Positions 1 to 9,680 are shown, counted from the first letter of the whole stretch. The stretch: 63,921 nt of DNA, filler included, from 5 parts of 5 records of this genome joined end to end with filler, not necessarily neighbours in it; one strand, 5' to 3'. The notes: generated by a model from the letters alone, not told the origin. Made by a program: numbers and translations.

Positions 1-35
1 TCCGCTGAGCCATTACCGAATTAATCAGAGGTGCC

Positions 36-434
36 TTAACCTGCCGCGAGTGCCTCACGTATTTTTTCTGCCTCAGCCGCCAACGACGCAGCGTCGGCCA
101 TTTCAGCCCCGGCAAAGTCGATGTCACGCATCTCGTCAATTGGCACGAGATGCAGGTGGGTATGTGGCACCTCCAGCCCGACGATCTGCAAGCTCACGCG
201 ACGGCATTGATACACCCGCTTCTGGGCCTTCGCCAGCTTTCTGGACACCGCCAGTAAGTGAGCACTGAGCGCCTCAGGCAAATCGTCCCAGTGATCAATT
301 TCCTCTTTGGGAATGACCAAAATATGGCCCGGCTTAATCGGCTGAATGGTCATAATCGCCACACAGTCATCGTCCTGCCAAACAAAATGTCCGGGCAATT
401 CACCTGCAATAATTTTGCTGAAAATACTCGCCAT
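36..434 (-). CDS. HIT family nucleotide hydrolase
   Basis: N-terminal SIFSKIIAGELP and histidine triad PHTHLHLVP. Confidence 0.9.
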   Translation of the reverse strand: MASIFSKIIAGELPGHFVWQDDDCVAIMTIQPIKPGHILVIPKEEIDHWDDLPEALSAHLLAVSRKLAKAQKRVYQCRRVSLQIVGLEVPHTHLHLVPIDEMRDIDFAGAEMADAASLAAEAEKIREALAAG

Positions 435-436
435 GA

Positions 437-2533
437 TTACTCCTGTTGATCATCGCCAGTGTCAACACCGGCAAAATACTGTTTTATTTGTCGCTCGCAA
501 TCCGCTCGCCCTGTTAGGCGGTACGCGGCTGCCAAAGCAAGCCAATCGCGGCTTTGGTACAAGCGCTCTACAACCAGCGCGGACGGCGATGGTGTAGCGC
601 CAATGCAGGCGCGCTTTAAATGCACTGCCGCCTGTTCAAAGGGCAGCTCACCCGCTACATAGCGCCGTTGTTGCTGTCTGTCGTATTCAGTCCCCTGCAC
701 CGGCAGCGCCGCCAATAAAGCGGCCAGCGCTGGTGCCGGCATGTCCCGGCGCAGTAGCTCTGTACAGCTCAGCAACTCATTGCAAAGCACCTCACGCTGG
801 GCATCAAGGTGGGGCAAATTATCACCGAGGGGGCGAACCACCATCAGTGAATAGCTGCCGCTACTGGTGTCTCGCCGACTGGCCAGATGGACAGCAGCAA
901 AACCCTGCCGCAGCCAAAATGCCAATAATTCCGGCTCGCACGAGAAGCTGCTACTCAGAAACGCGCAGCCGCTCCCGCGAGCATTGTGCAGAAGTTCCTG
1001 GAGCAATGCGCTAGCAATCCCCCTTCGTCGCTCCCCTTCGCTCACCGCGATACGATTGATACGCAAGCTCGGCGCCACCAACCACTGTGTCTGCCCGCTC
1101 CGCTGTGCCAGGGCCTGAGCCAGCAAGTGGCCCTTTATGCGCCGCTGGCCGCGGCTAACCCGTTCACATTGTTCATCAGCCAGCCCCCCTTCCGGAAGCG
1201 CCTGACAAACCCCAACGATCGTTGTACCGATACGCGCGATCATCAGCTGAAAAGGAAGGTCGAGCAAGTATTGAAGATCCTGCGGCGTCGTTTGGTAATG
1301 CGCTTCCATCAGTAACTGAAACACCTGCGCCAACGCCAAGTCGTCGTTCACCAGTGTCGCCGCACTAACGCTATCGACGCGCAAGCCTCCTTTAACAGTG
1401 CCGGGTGCGGCGTCGGCAGTGCCCAGCAAAAAAATGGCGTTTAACGTGGCCTCAAGGGGGTCGTCGTCAGCCCAGCGCAGCGGCGTCGCTAAGAACTGTC
1501 GGCGCCACTGCGGCCGTAACTGGTCTAGACAGCGCCGGAAACGAATATCGAACCCTCTTCCTGTGCCTTCGTATCCTGACACGGTTGTGGAAAATACCAG
1601 CCTCGGTAAACGCCCTAGTAGCGTTTCCAATACTGGCAGCGGCAAGTGAGCCGCCTCGTCAACCATCACCAGCTCGGCTCGAAAGTCATCGCAGGCACTG
1701 GCAGACAGCAAGTCAGCCGGCGTGAGATATTCCAGCGCCGCGCCCTGCCACACCAGCTTATCACCATCGCGCACCGCGCCCGGCAACACCTCCATCGCGC
1801 GGCGAAAGGCGATCTCAACCATGTCGACTCTGGCCGCGGATATCACCACTTTTTGGCTTCCGCTGCGCAGCAGCTCTGCAGCGGCTATGCCGAGCGCCGA
1901 TGTTTTCCCCCGACCACGGTCGGCGCGAATAACAAGGGGGCGCCCCGACCGACCTCGCGCCGCGCGAACAATGGCAGTAACGGTGGATAATTGATCTGCA
2001 CTGGGTACCTCGGCTTGCCAGGCCTGCGCCTTGTTGCCGTTGAGTGACGTCGAGTGGCTCACCTGGGCTGACTGGCTGCCTTGCTGGATCAAGCAGACTG
2101 CGGGCTGCAGGGGAAGCAACTTCGTGAGCCTGGAAATGAAGGCCGAGTGCTCAACCGCGAAACCCGCCTCCCGCATTGCCAGGGCGTAGGCCTGGGGCCA
2201 ATCCGCTAAAGGCGGCGTTAGTAACACCAGGGAGCCGCCGCCTCGCAATGTGCCGGCTGCTGCCAACCAGTGATTAACCGAACTGTAGCGATGGCCATCG
2301 ATAATGACCCAATCACTTTCGATGCCTAAGCTGGCGGCTTTACCGCTCGGCTGAAACCCCGCCAGCGCATCGTGTGCAACAAGTAAGACGCCATCGTCGC
2401 CGTTGATCGCTGCGGATAATAATGCCTCTGCCCAACGCTGTTCACCGCTTAATACAATAAGCTGGCGGTGACCGCGGCGGACATTGCTCGCGCGCCGCGA
2501 CGTGCACCACTGAGAAAAGGCGTCGGCCTGCAC
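437..2533 (-). CDS. tmcA: tRNA(Met) cytidine acetyltransferase TmcA
   Basis: HRQLIVLSG N-terminus, Walker A ADRGRGKT, VDEAA, STTVSGYEGTGRGF, AHYQTTPQDL, GNAT motif RINRIAV; GTG start. Confidence 0.9.
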   Translation of the reverse strand: MQADAFSQWCTSRRASNVRRGHRQLIVLSGEQRWAEALLSAAINGDDGVLLVAHDALAGFQPSGKAASLGIESDWVIIDGHRYSSVNHWLAAAGTLRGGGSLVLLTPPLADWPQAYALAMREAGFAVEHSAFISRLTKLLPLQPAVCLIQQGSQSAQVSHSTSLNGNKAQAWQAEVPSADQLSTVTAIVRAARGRSGRPLVIRADRGRGKTSALGIAAAELLRSGSQKVVISAARVDMVEIAFRRAMEVLPGAVRDGDKLVWQGAALEYLTPADLLSASACDDFRAELVMVDEAAHLPLPVLETLLGRLPRLVFSTTVSGYEGTGRGFDIRFRRCLDQLRPQWRRQFLATPLRWADDDPLEATLNAIFLLGTADAAPGTVKGGLRVDSVSAATLVNDDLALAQVFQLLMEAHYQTTPQDLQYLLDLPFQLMIARIGTTIVGVCQALPEGGLADEQCERVSRGQRRIKGHLLAQALAQRSGQTQWLVAPSLRINRIAVSEGERRRGIASALLQELLHNARGSGCAFLSSSFSCEPELLAFWLRQGFAAVHLASRRDTSSGSYSLMVVRPLGDNLPHLDAQREVLCNELLSCTELLRRDMPAPALAALLAALPVQGTEYDRQQQRRYVAGELPFEQAAVHLKRACIGATPSPSALVVERLYQSRDWLALAAAYRLTGRADCERQIKQYFAGVDTGDDQQE

Positions 2534-2826
2534 TATTGGCTACCGCCACTGGGATAAACCGGGGCCTCGTGCATGTGTAGATGCAACAGCAGTTGCCGGT
2601 CGTTTCGGTAAATGTCCTGCAAATTTTCGTCCAGGAATTCTTCAGCGAGATGAAGCAAATAGCCACGCAGTTCCGCCTCGGACACTAGCCCCAATTGAAC
2701 CGCTGAGGCCATCGCGCCTTCCAAACGGTACAGGGTCGCGGGTGGCACATCCCAGCCCTGTGCCTGTTCAGTGAAGAACGCACGCAAACGCTTGCGCAAG
2801 TCGTCGATAAAAGCCTGAGAGTCCAC
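2533..2826 (-). CDS. hypothetical protein, 97 aa
   Basis: Compact ORF in operon; its stop overlaps the tmcA start codon. Confidence 0.75.
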   Translation of the reverse strand: MDSQAFIDDLRKRLRAFFTEQAQGWDVPPATLYRLEGAMASAVQLGLVSEAELRGYLLHLAEEFLDENLQDIYRNDRQLLLHLHMHEAPVYPSGGSQ

Positions 2827-2839
2827 TGGGCTTATCGCC

Positions 2840-3154
2840 TTAATCTAGATCGCGATGGGTCTGCACCAGCACCCAAGGCGCGACCACCACGGCCCATAAC
2901 GATGCCTGCTCTTGCGTCCACTTCTGCGCCGACTCGGTGTCGACACGGCCAAGCTGACCGGAGGTGAGCAAAGGGCTAATGGTCTGGGTATCGTCGTTTG
3001 CCATGCCTGCGGCCACAGCAACAAGATCGAGCTTAGGTGAAACCTCCAGTACGGCGCCCTGAGCGTAGAAACGTTGCAATTCCTCCCAGGGTATCTTGGC
3101 GGTTTCGCGATTCAGCTTAGTCAGCAGCTCGTCACTTTCTTGCGGGTCAGTCAT
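2840..3154 (-). CDS. DUF2288 family protein
   Basis: KLNRETAKIPWEELQRFYAQG and WAVVVAPWVLVQ signature. Confidence 0.85.
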   Translation of the reverse strand: MTDPQESDELLTKLNRETAKIPWEELQRFYAQGAVLEVSPKLDLVAVAAGMANDDTQTISPLLTSGQLGRVDTESAQKWTQEQASLWAVVVAPWVLVQTHRDLD

Positions 3155-3181
3155 GAACAGGTAGGTCTCAAAGTCGGTGTA

Positions 3182-3853
3182 TTAAGCTCCCCAGGGGAGC
3201 TGCCAAGGTGGCGACCATTCTACCAGCGCCGCCTCAACAGCTCTATCGCCAAATGCCTCACCACTACTTGGCTCACAAGTGAATGACATCGGCACGCCTC
3301 GGTAGTCAAAACGCAGCCCCCAGGCATGCAGGTAACAGCGATCCGCCGGCGACTTACCATACCGCTCATCGCCGAGAATCGGCACGCCCAGGCTGGCCAT
3401 CACCACGCGCAATTGATGCGTTTTACCGGTGGCAGGTTTCAGTAGATAGCAGCGTTTGCCCGGCGCAATACTGGTGCTGATAAAGCGGGTCCGCGAGGGA
3501 TTATTACAACTGCGGCTAAGCCGGTAACTCCCCCCGCGGGCTTTAATGATATCCCCCACCACTGCCCCCTGTTTTTTTCGAGGCTTGCCGAGTGCAATGG
3601 CGATATAAAACTTATCGATACGCCGCTCACTAAAGCTGCGCCCCAGCTCGGCTGCGGCCTCAGCATTGCGGGCGATAAGGAGTAAACCCGAGGTCGCATC
3701 GTCAAGGCGATGGACAAGGTGCAAGCCGGTTTCCCCTCGCTCAGTGCTGAGGCGGTCTAACAGGCTTTCACGGTGATGGTTGCGGTGCAAATTAGCACCG
3801 GCAGTTTTATTGAGCACAAAAAAATCACTGTGCTCATACACGAGTTCATACAC
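3182..3853 (-). CDS. RluA-family pseudouridine synthase (TIGR01621-like)
   Basis: VHRLDDATSGLLL catalytic Asp motif, TGKTHQLRV, PILGDERY; short form without S4 domain. Confidence 0.9.
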   Translation of the reverse strand: MYELVYEHSDFFVLNKTAGANLHRNHHRESLLDRLSTERGETGLHLVHRLDDATSGLLLIARNAEAAAELGRSFSERRIDKFYIAIALGKPRKKQGAVVGDIIKARGGSYRLSRSCNNPSRTRFISTSIAPGKRCYLLKPATGKTHQLRVVMASLGVPILGDERYGKSPADRCYLHAWGLRFDYRGVPMSFTCEPSSGEAFGDRAVEAALVEWSPPWQLPWGA

Positions 3854-3864
3854 GGATGGATCGA

Positions 3865-5634
3865 CTACTGCCCCTGCTGCTGAGTGCGGTGTTGCTGCGC
3901 GCCATTGAGCTCACGCCGCAGGATATCGATCTCTCTTAGGGAGTCTTCCTCTACGCCGGCAAACTCCATTTGCAAGGCCAGTGCCTCAAAGTCTGTGGCC
4001 TGCCCCTGACGCGCATATAGATCGAGCAGTAGCATTTGTAAAGCCAGAGACTCGTCCTCACGCAGGGCCTGCTCAACGATCTGCTGAGCACCGCAGTAGT
4101 CCCCCAACTCAATGCACGCCGCTGCGGCCGCCTGCGGCGAGTTATCCTCCTCAACCACACGAGCAGTCACCGCGGCAATATCTGCGCTGCCAGACTGTTC
4201 TTGAGGGGCATCACCCAATTCTGCGAAAACGTCTTCAAAATGTGTGGCCGACGCCTTCGGAGCAGCCTTGGCTGCGCCTGCGTAATGAAACGCTTGCAAG
4301 CGGCGTTTTGCGGCGGCTTTACGGCGCCGATAAAACAATAGCCCGCCCACCGCTGCAGCACCCAGCAGCAATAACGCCCAAGGACTGCCGCGCCACTCAG
4401 CATTTTCAGGCAGCGCCCCGGTGGTTTCGCCAATGGGCGCCGTGTCAGTCGCCGTAACGCCAGCTTGAATCGCCTCAGAGGGCGAGGCCGACGCCACATC
4501 AGCACCACGTACAAATGTGCTTGATACGGCTTGCTCCTCTGCCTGAGATGCCTCAGCCAAAGGCTCCGCGACACTCACCTCCAGCACCGGCGCGCTTTCA
4601 CCGGTCTGGATCGCTGCGGTCTGGCCCTTCAGCGCAGTATATTCATCCTGCAAGCTCAGCAGGCGCGCCTGTAGCGTCTGCAAGCGGCTATTCATTGCCT
4701 CTATATTCGCGCGTACGGCTGACACTTCCTCGGTCACCGCCGCCAACGAAGCCGTCAATCGCTGCTCTTCGGTCATCGTCTGCGCGGCGTTGGAGCTTAA
4801 AACGACACGTTCTGTCGACGCTTCTGGCGCCGTTTCCACTTCACTATTTACCGTGCCATTAGGCGCCCGCGATATTTGTTTGCCCGAACCGCCAGGGCCC
4901 CCGCCCGGCAACAACACCTCGGCAAGTGCTGCTGCCTCAACATTTAGCGAGACAGATTCCTTTAGCAGGTCCTTTTCGCCGCGCACAAAGGCCTGGGGGT
5001 TAAGGCGATAGACCGCCTCCATCAGGGGCAGTTGCTCACCGCCTCGGGCACGCCGAATGCGCGACGCCACTCGCCAAAGGCTGTCCCCGCGCACGGTAGT
5101 ATACGTCGATGCATCAGCGCTAATAGGCCGCGCCGGTGACGATTTCGCGGGGCGATTACCCTGCGCTGGTTTTCCCGATGCCAGCCGAGTGCTCGCTGCG
5201 CCCGCTTGGGCCGCACTTGCCAACGCCGGTGCCTGCGCAGGCAAGTCGAGCAGCAATGTGTATTCGCGCTCAATCGTACCGGTCGGCCAGCGCACCGATA
5301 AAACGAAATTCAAAAAGGGTTCAACAATTGGCGTAGTGCTACGTAAATAAATTACGCCACTGCCAGAGGGACTTAATTCGCTGCGTACCGTCAGGGTTCG
5401 GGTATCGAGCCCGCCCATCGCACTATCGCTCTGCGCATCCCACACCGGCTTCACATCAATCAGAATTTGTTCGGGATCCAAGCCCTCGGCACCACTGATG
5501 ACGACACGTGCGGCCAATGGCTTGCCTAACACCGAATCCAGCTCCGCACGACCTAAACCCATGGCTGTCGCATCGGGGCTGACGGCGACCGCTAGTAGCA
5601 GTGGAATAAAAGCAGGGGCTCGCAGTTTCTTCAT
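3865..5634 (-). CDS. FimV/HubP-like protein (signal peptide, FimV N-domain, LysM, coiled coil, TM, TPR-like tail)
   Basis: AMGLGRAELDSVLGKPL, EPFLNFVLSVRWPTG..REYTLLLD, LysM-like TTVRGDSLWRVA..LNPQAF, TM followed by RRRK. Confidence 0.8.
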   Translation of the reverse strand: MKKLRAPAFIPLLLAVAVSPDATAMGLGRAELDSVLGKPLAARVVISGAEGLDPEQILIDVKPVWDAQSDSAMGGLDTRTLTVRSELSPSGSGVIYLRSTTPIVEPFLNFVLSVRWPTGTIEREYTLLLDLPAQAPALASAAQAGAASTRLASGKPAQGNRPAKSSPARPISADASTYTTVRGDSLWRVASRIRRARGGEQLPLMEAVYRLNPQAFVRGEKDLLKESVSLNVEAAALAEVLLPGGGPGGSGKQISRAPNGTVNSEVETAPEASTERVVLSSNAAQTMTEEQRLTASLAAVTEEVSAVRANIEAMNSRLQTLQARLLSLQDEYTALKGQTAAIQTGESAPVLEVSVAEPLAEASQAEEQAVSSTFVRGADVASASPSEAIQAGVTATDTAPIGETTGALPENAEWRGSPWALLLLGAAAVGGLLFYRRRKAAAKRRLQAFHYAGAAKAAPKASATHFEDVFAELGDAPQEQSGSADIAAVTARVVEEDNSPQAAAAACIELGDYCGAQQIVEQALREDESLALQMLLLDLYARQGQATDFEALALQMEFAGVEEDSLREIDILRRELNGAQQHRTQQQGQ

Positions 5635-5655
5635 TGCCGCATTCTCATTTATTGT

Positions 5656-5671
5656 TGTGAGTCACTTCACA
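5656..5671. promoter_or_regulatory. CRP/Vfr-type binding site
   Basis: TGTGA-GTCACT-TCACA(TTT), exact TGTGA-N6-TCACA core, 22 nt upstream of the FimV-like ATG. Confidence 0.65.
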
Positions 5672-5851
5672 TTTATCAATACCCTACAGCTTACAACATT
5701 TTGAGTAAAAGTCGCGCGGCAAACGCGGGTTAGTGGCCTAAGCGACGCGGAATAACAGACTGCTGGCAAGCAAAATGAAAGCCGGCGACATACCGTGAAA
5801 GAAAAGCGTCAGCGTCACAGCACTGTCACGTGACTGCGCTAGGATCACCGC

Positions 5852-5900
5852 TTACCCACAACAAGTTTTCCCCAGATACAGTGAATAAGCTTGTGGATAA
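5852..5900. promoter_or_regulatory. Cluster of four DnaA boxes (DARS-like)
   Basis: TTACCCACA 5852-60, TTTTCCCCA 5866-74, AGTGAATAA 5880-88 (rc TTATTCACT), TGTGGATAA 5892-5900 (rc TTATCCACA, perfect). Confidence 0.65.
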
Positions 5901-5963
5901 GGCTGTTCAATTCTCCGCTGAGCGGCGTCTCATCAACGCTGCCGTCGCGCGCGTAGTTTTTGA

Positions 5964-7223
5964 TCAACCTTTGGCGATCTGGCGGCGACGTGACACCATT
6001 ACCACAATGATCAACGCCATCACGGCGGCCGCGCAAAAGTACGGGTAGCTCGGCGCGATTCGGTATAAGAAGCCCCCCACGAGCGGCCCGGCGACAAACC
6101 CAAGTCCCGCCACCGAGCCAAGCAGTCCAGCTAAACCGCCCTGCTCATGGGGCTCGACAACCAAGCTGGCACTGGCACCGTAGGCTGGGCCGGTCAAGCC
6201 CATACCAAAGCCGAACAAGCCCATCGCCGACAACAACATCGGCAGCGTGTCTGACAATGCTAATAGCAAATACCCGGCGCAACTGAACGGCAGCCCCATA
6301 AACAACAGGTTCATTGGCGACCCGTTGTAGCGCTGCACCACCACAAATTGCGCGAACAGCATGGCACCTGATGACACGATCATCGCAGCGGAAAACCACT
6401 GTGCCGCCGCCACACCGTCGAGTGACAGTAAATCCTGAAAATAAAACCCCAGCGTCTGCTGAACCATGCCCAGCAGGCTGTAAAGCGCAAAACCGATGAA
6501 GATAAACAGACGGTACCTGGGGTCGAAATACGCCATTCGCTTCGGCCGCTTGCCGCCGCTGCTATGCGCTGGAATGGCGGGTAAATAACGCCAGACCAAA
6601 ATCGCAACCAATGCAGCCAGCGCCGCTTGTAAATATAGCGGCGTTAAATAACTGAAGGCGACAAACCACGCCAGCGCGGGCCCCAGCATTACCCCCAGTT
6701 GATTGAAGGCCTGCAATTTCGCCATCCCCTGCGCGCGCCGGGAAATATCGGTGACATCGACCATATAGGCAGCCGATGCCGGGTGGGTCGCCGACATCAA
6801 CGCAGCGTGAATGCCGCGGCTGACCATCAGCAGCACGTAAAGGAGGCCGCCACCGAGTATGCTAACAAGTCCCATCCACGCGACCGCGTTGAACAGCATG
6901 GTACCAATGGTGTAGCCGAACAGGCCGATAATAATGATCGGCTTTCGCCCCCATACATCGCTCTTTCTTCCCCAATAGGGAGAGGTCATGAAAAAAACGA
7001 GCGCGGTAAGCGCCGACAGCGAGGTGATTGCCATTTCCTTGGGCGCGATCGTTAGTTCGGTAAAGGGGAGTTGCCAGAGCATTTCATGCAGGGCCAGCTC
7101 ACGCCCCAACATTGGCAGCACCGCAAACACCACGCTCTGGCCCATCCCCACCGCCATCATGGCGGCGTAAAGCGAAATCATCGCCCGCCAGTCAGACCTC
7201 GGTGCACTGCCTGTTTCCGTCAC
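5964..7223 (-). CDS. MFS transporter (DHA1/TetA-like)
   Basis: About 12 hydrophobic segments, motif A WGRKSDVWGRKP, GPLVGG. Confidence 0.88.
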   Translation of the reverse strand: MTETGSAPRSDWRAMISLYAAMMAVGMGQSVVFAVLPMLGRELALHEMLWQLPFTELTIAPKEMAITSLSALTALVFFMTSPYWGRKSDVWGRKPIIIIGLFGYTIGTMLFNAVAWMGLVSILGGGLLYVLLMVSRGIHAALMSATHPASAAYMVDVTDISRRAQGMAKLQAFNQLGVMLGPALAWFVAFSYLTPLYLQAALAALVAILVWRYLPAIPAHSSGGKRPKRMAYFDPRYRLFIFIGFALYSLLGMVQQTLGFYFQDLLSLDGVAAAQWFSAAMIVSSGAMLFAQFVVVQRYNGSPMNLLFMGLPFSCAGYLLLALSDTLPMLLSAMGLFGFGMGLTGPAYGASASLVVEPHEQGGLAGLLGSVAGLGFVAGPLVGGFLYRIAPSYPYFCAAAVMALIIVVMVSRRRQIAKG

Positions 7224-7368
7224 TCAGCTATCCTCTTGCCATCGGTTTTTATCTGCCACGCCATCTGGCACACTTTGATACAGCCTGATAGCGGCTGGCT
7301 ATCGTCCGTTCGCGGAGCATGCATTTTACACAGCCACTCCTTTTGCCAACACAAACCAAGCGGGAAAC

Positions 7369-8877
7369 ATGTCAAAGGTTCAGCAAGACGTACCATTGAG
7401 CCAGCGTTGGCTGGACCGAATTGAACGCACCGGCAATCGCCTGCCACACCCGGTCGTGCTGTTCATTTACTTCTGCGCAATAGTCGTTTTGCTGTCGGCA
7501 TGGCTCACGGCAACAGGCGCTAATGTTCAGAACCCCAGCAGTGGCGAATGGCTTTACACGCGCTCGTTGCTGTCCCGCGACGGACTGCTGTGGATGCTAC
7601 ACAATGCGGTGGGTAACTTTGTGAGCTTCGCGCCTGTCGGCTCTGTGATCGTCGCGATTATGGGTATTGCCGTCGCGGAACACTCCGGCTTGCTCGGCCA
7701 TGTGTTGACACAATTCGCACGACGGGCGCCACCAAAGGCATTGAGTGCGGTGATTGTATTCACCGGCGTATTATCCAGTATTGGTTTTGACTCAGGCTAT
7801 GTTGTTTTAATCCCATTGGCGGCGATCGTTTTTCGCGCCGCCGGACGCTCGCCGCTAGCGGGCATTGCCGCCGCCTTCGCCGGGGTATCTGGCGGGTTTA
7901 GCGCAAACATTCTCCTCGGCCCGGTCGATGCAATTTTGGCGGGGATCTCCACCGAGTCACTACAGCTGATTGACCCGCAGGCCTTGGTGAGCGTCAGCGC
8001 AAATTATTATTTCATCGCCTTTTCTACCCTGCTTATTACCCTCGTCGGCGCATGGGTGACGGAAACCTTGGTAGAGCCTCGACTGCAGCGCCCTAGGCAG
8101 ACAGAGAGCACAAGCACGCCCCCGGAAGCCTCGGCCAGCGAGACAAAAGCGCTGCGCCGCGTGCTGCTTTTTAGCGTACTTTATGTCGCGGCGCTCATCG
8201 CGGCGGTCGTCCACCCACAGGGGCCATTGCGCAACCCTGACCCCAGCGGTATGGCAGCCCCGCCTCTGCTGCAGGGAATTGTGGTGTTTATTGCTGCATA
8301 TGGCGCACTCGCCGGGATTATTTTCGGCTACAGCAGTGGCCGCTTTACGCGCAGCAAAGACTGGGTAGACGCCATGGAGTCAGGCATGAGCACCCTGGCC
8401 GGCTATCTGGTGCTAATGTTCTTTGCCGCCCAGTTTGTCAATTATTTTTCCTGGACGGGCATTGGCGCATTAACGGCAATTAAAGGCGCACAATGGCTTG
8501 CCGGACTCGAGCTTTCCACTACCAGCCTGCTGATTAGCTTTGTGCTGTGCAGCGCGGCCATCAACCTATTGATCGGCAGCGCGTCGGCAAAATGGGCATT
8601 AATGGCGCCGATATTCGTCCCCATGTTGGCGATGCTCGATGTGGCGCCCGAGGCCGTGCAAATGGCTTACCGAATTGGTGACTCCAGCACCAACATCATC
8701 ACGCCGTTAATGCCATATTTTGGCGTTGTGGTGGCCTTTATGCAGCGCCACGATAGCAAAGCCGGTATGGGCACGCTGTTGGCATTGATGCTGCCCTACT
8801 CCCTATGTTTTATCGTGAGCTGGTCCGTGTTACTGGCGGCCTGGGTCGGATTGGGGATTCCACTAGGGCCGAAATAA
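7369..8877 (+). CDS. abgT: AbgT family transporter
   Basis: IERTGNRLPHP, AAFAGVSGGFSAN, GSASAKWA, YRIGDSSTNIITPLMPY. Confidence 0.9.
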   Translation: MSKVQQDVPLSQRWLDRIERTGNRLPHPVVLFIYFCAIVVLLSAWLTATGANVQNPSSGEWLYTRSLLSRDGLLWMLHNAVGNFVSFAPVGSVIVAIMGIAVAEHSGLLGHVLTQFARRAPPKALSAVIVFTGVLSSIGFDSGYVVLIPLAAIVFRAAGRSPLAGIAAAFAGVSGGFSANILLGPVDAILAGISTESLQLIDPQALVSVSANYYFIAFSTLLITLVGAWVTETLVEPRLQRPRQTESTSTPPEASASETKALRRVLLFSVLYVAALIAAVVHPQGPLRNPDPSGMAAPPLLQGIVVFIAAYGALAGIIFGYSSGRFTRSKDWVDAMESGMSTLAGYLVLMFFAAQFVNYFSWTGIGALTAIKGAQWLAGLELSTTSLLISFVLCSAAINLLIGSASAKWALMAPIFVPMLAMLDVAPEAVQMAYRIGDSSTNIITPLMPYFGVVVAFMQRHDSKAGMGTLLALMLPYSLCFIVSWSVLLAAWVGLGIPLGPK

Positions 8878-8903
8878 AAAGGACCGAAATAAAAAAGGGC
8901 CAC

Positions 8904-8938
8904 AAAAAAGCCGCCCTCAGCCAAGCTGGGGCGGCTTT
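8904..8938 (-). terminator. Intrinsic terminator downstream of phoU (probably bidirectional)
   Basis: AAAGCCGCCC(T)CAGC-caa-GCTGGGGCGGCTTT hairpin with A6 tract, between convergent abgT and phoU. Confidence 0.8.
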
Positions 8939-8957
8939 CGATTACTGGCGTCACGCC

Positions 8958-9680
8958 TTATTTTTTCTCTTGGACAGCCGCACTCATCTCATCGATATTC
9001 ACGTGGCGAACATCCGCGCCCTTGGCCAAATAAATAACGTGCTCGGCAATGTTGCGCGCGTGGTCGCCAATACGCTCCAGGGAACGCAGAGCCCACAGTA
9101 CTTGTAGCACCGAAGAAATGGTGCGCGGATCTTCCATCATATAGGTCACCAAGCTGCGCATAGCGGTGCCGTATTCCATATCGACGGAGTGATCTTCTTC
9201 CGCCACATCCAGAGCCATATCACTGTCTACACGGGCAAACGCGTCCAACGCGTTGCGCACCATGCTCAATACATGGTCACCAATGTGGCGAATCTCCAAC
9301 ACGCTGCGCGGCAGTCCACCCAGTTCACCCAGTTTAATTGCGGCTTCGGCAACTTTTGTGGCCTCATCGCCCATACGTTCCAGATCACTGATGATTCGGC
9401 TGATCGACAACACCAGGCGGAGGTCGGTCGCCGCGGGCTGGCGGCGCGCCAGGATAATGGTGCACTCCTCGTCGATGGACACCTCCAGCGCATTGACGAT
9501 ACGGTCGCCACGCTTCACTTCATCAGCCAGACCACTGTCCTGACTCATAAACGCGGTGGTCGCATCGGCAACCTGTTTCTCGACGACCCCACCCATTTCC
9601 AGCATACGGGTTTTAATATCGTCCAGCTCAGAGTTGAACTGCTGAGAGATATGGTGAGCGTGTAAGTCTTTATCTTTCAT
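8958..9680 (-). CDS. phoU: Phosphate signalling protein PhoU
   Basis: HISQQFNSEL, ARRQPAATDLR, DLERMGD, LERIGDHARNIAE. Confidence 0.96.
   Translation of the reverse strand: MKDKDLHAHHISQQFNSELDDIKTRMLEMGGVVEKQVADATTAFMSQDSGLADEVKRGDRIVNALEVSIDEECTIILARRQPAATDLRLVLSISRIISDLERMGDEATKVAEAAIKLGELGGLPRSVLEIRHIGDHVLSMVRNALDAFARVDSDMALDVAEEDHSVDMEYGTAMRSLVTYMMEDPRTISSVLQVLWALRSLERIGDHARNIAEHVIYLAKGADVRHVNIDEMSAAVQEKK

Noticed and set aside
5852-5900. oriC interpretation of the DnaA boxes
   Set aside because: No dnaA, dnaN, gidA or parAB nearby, no AT-rich unwinding repeats, and the cluster is very short
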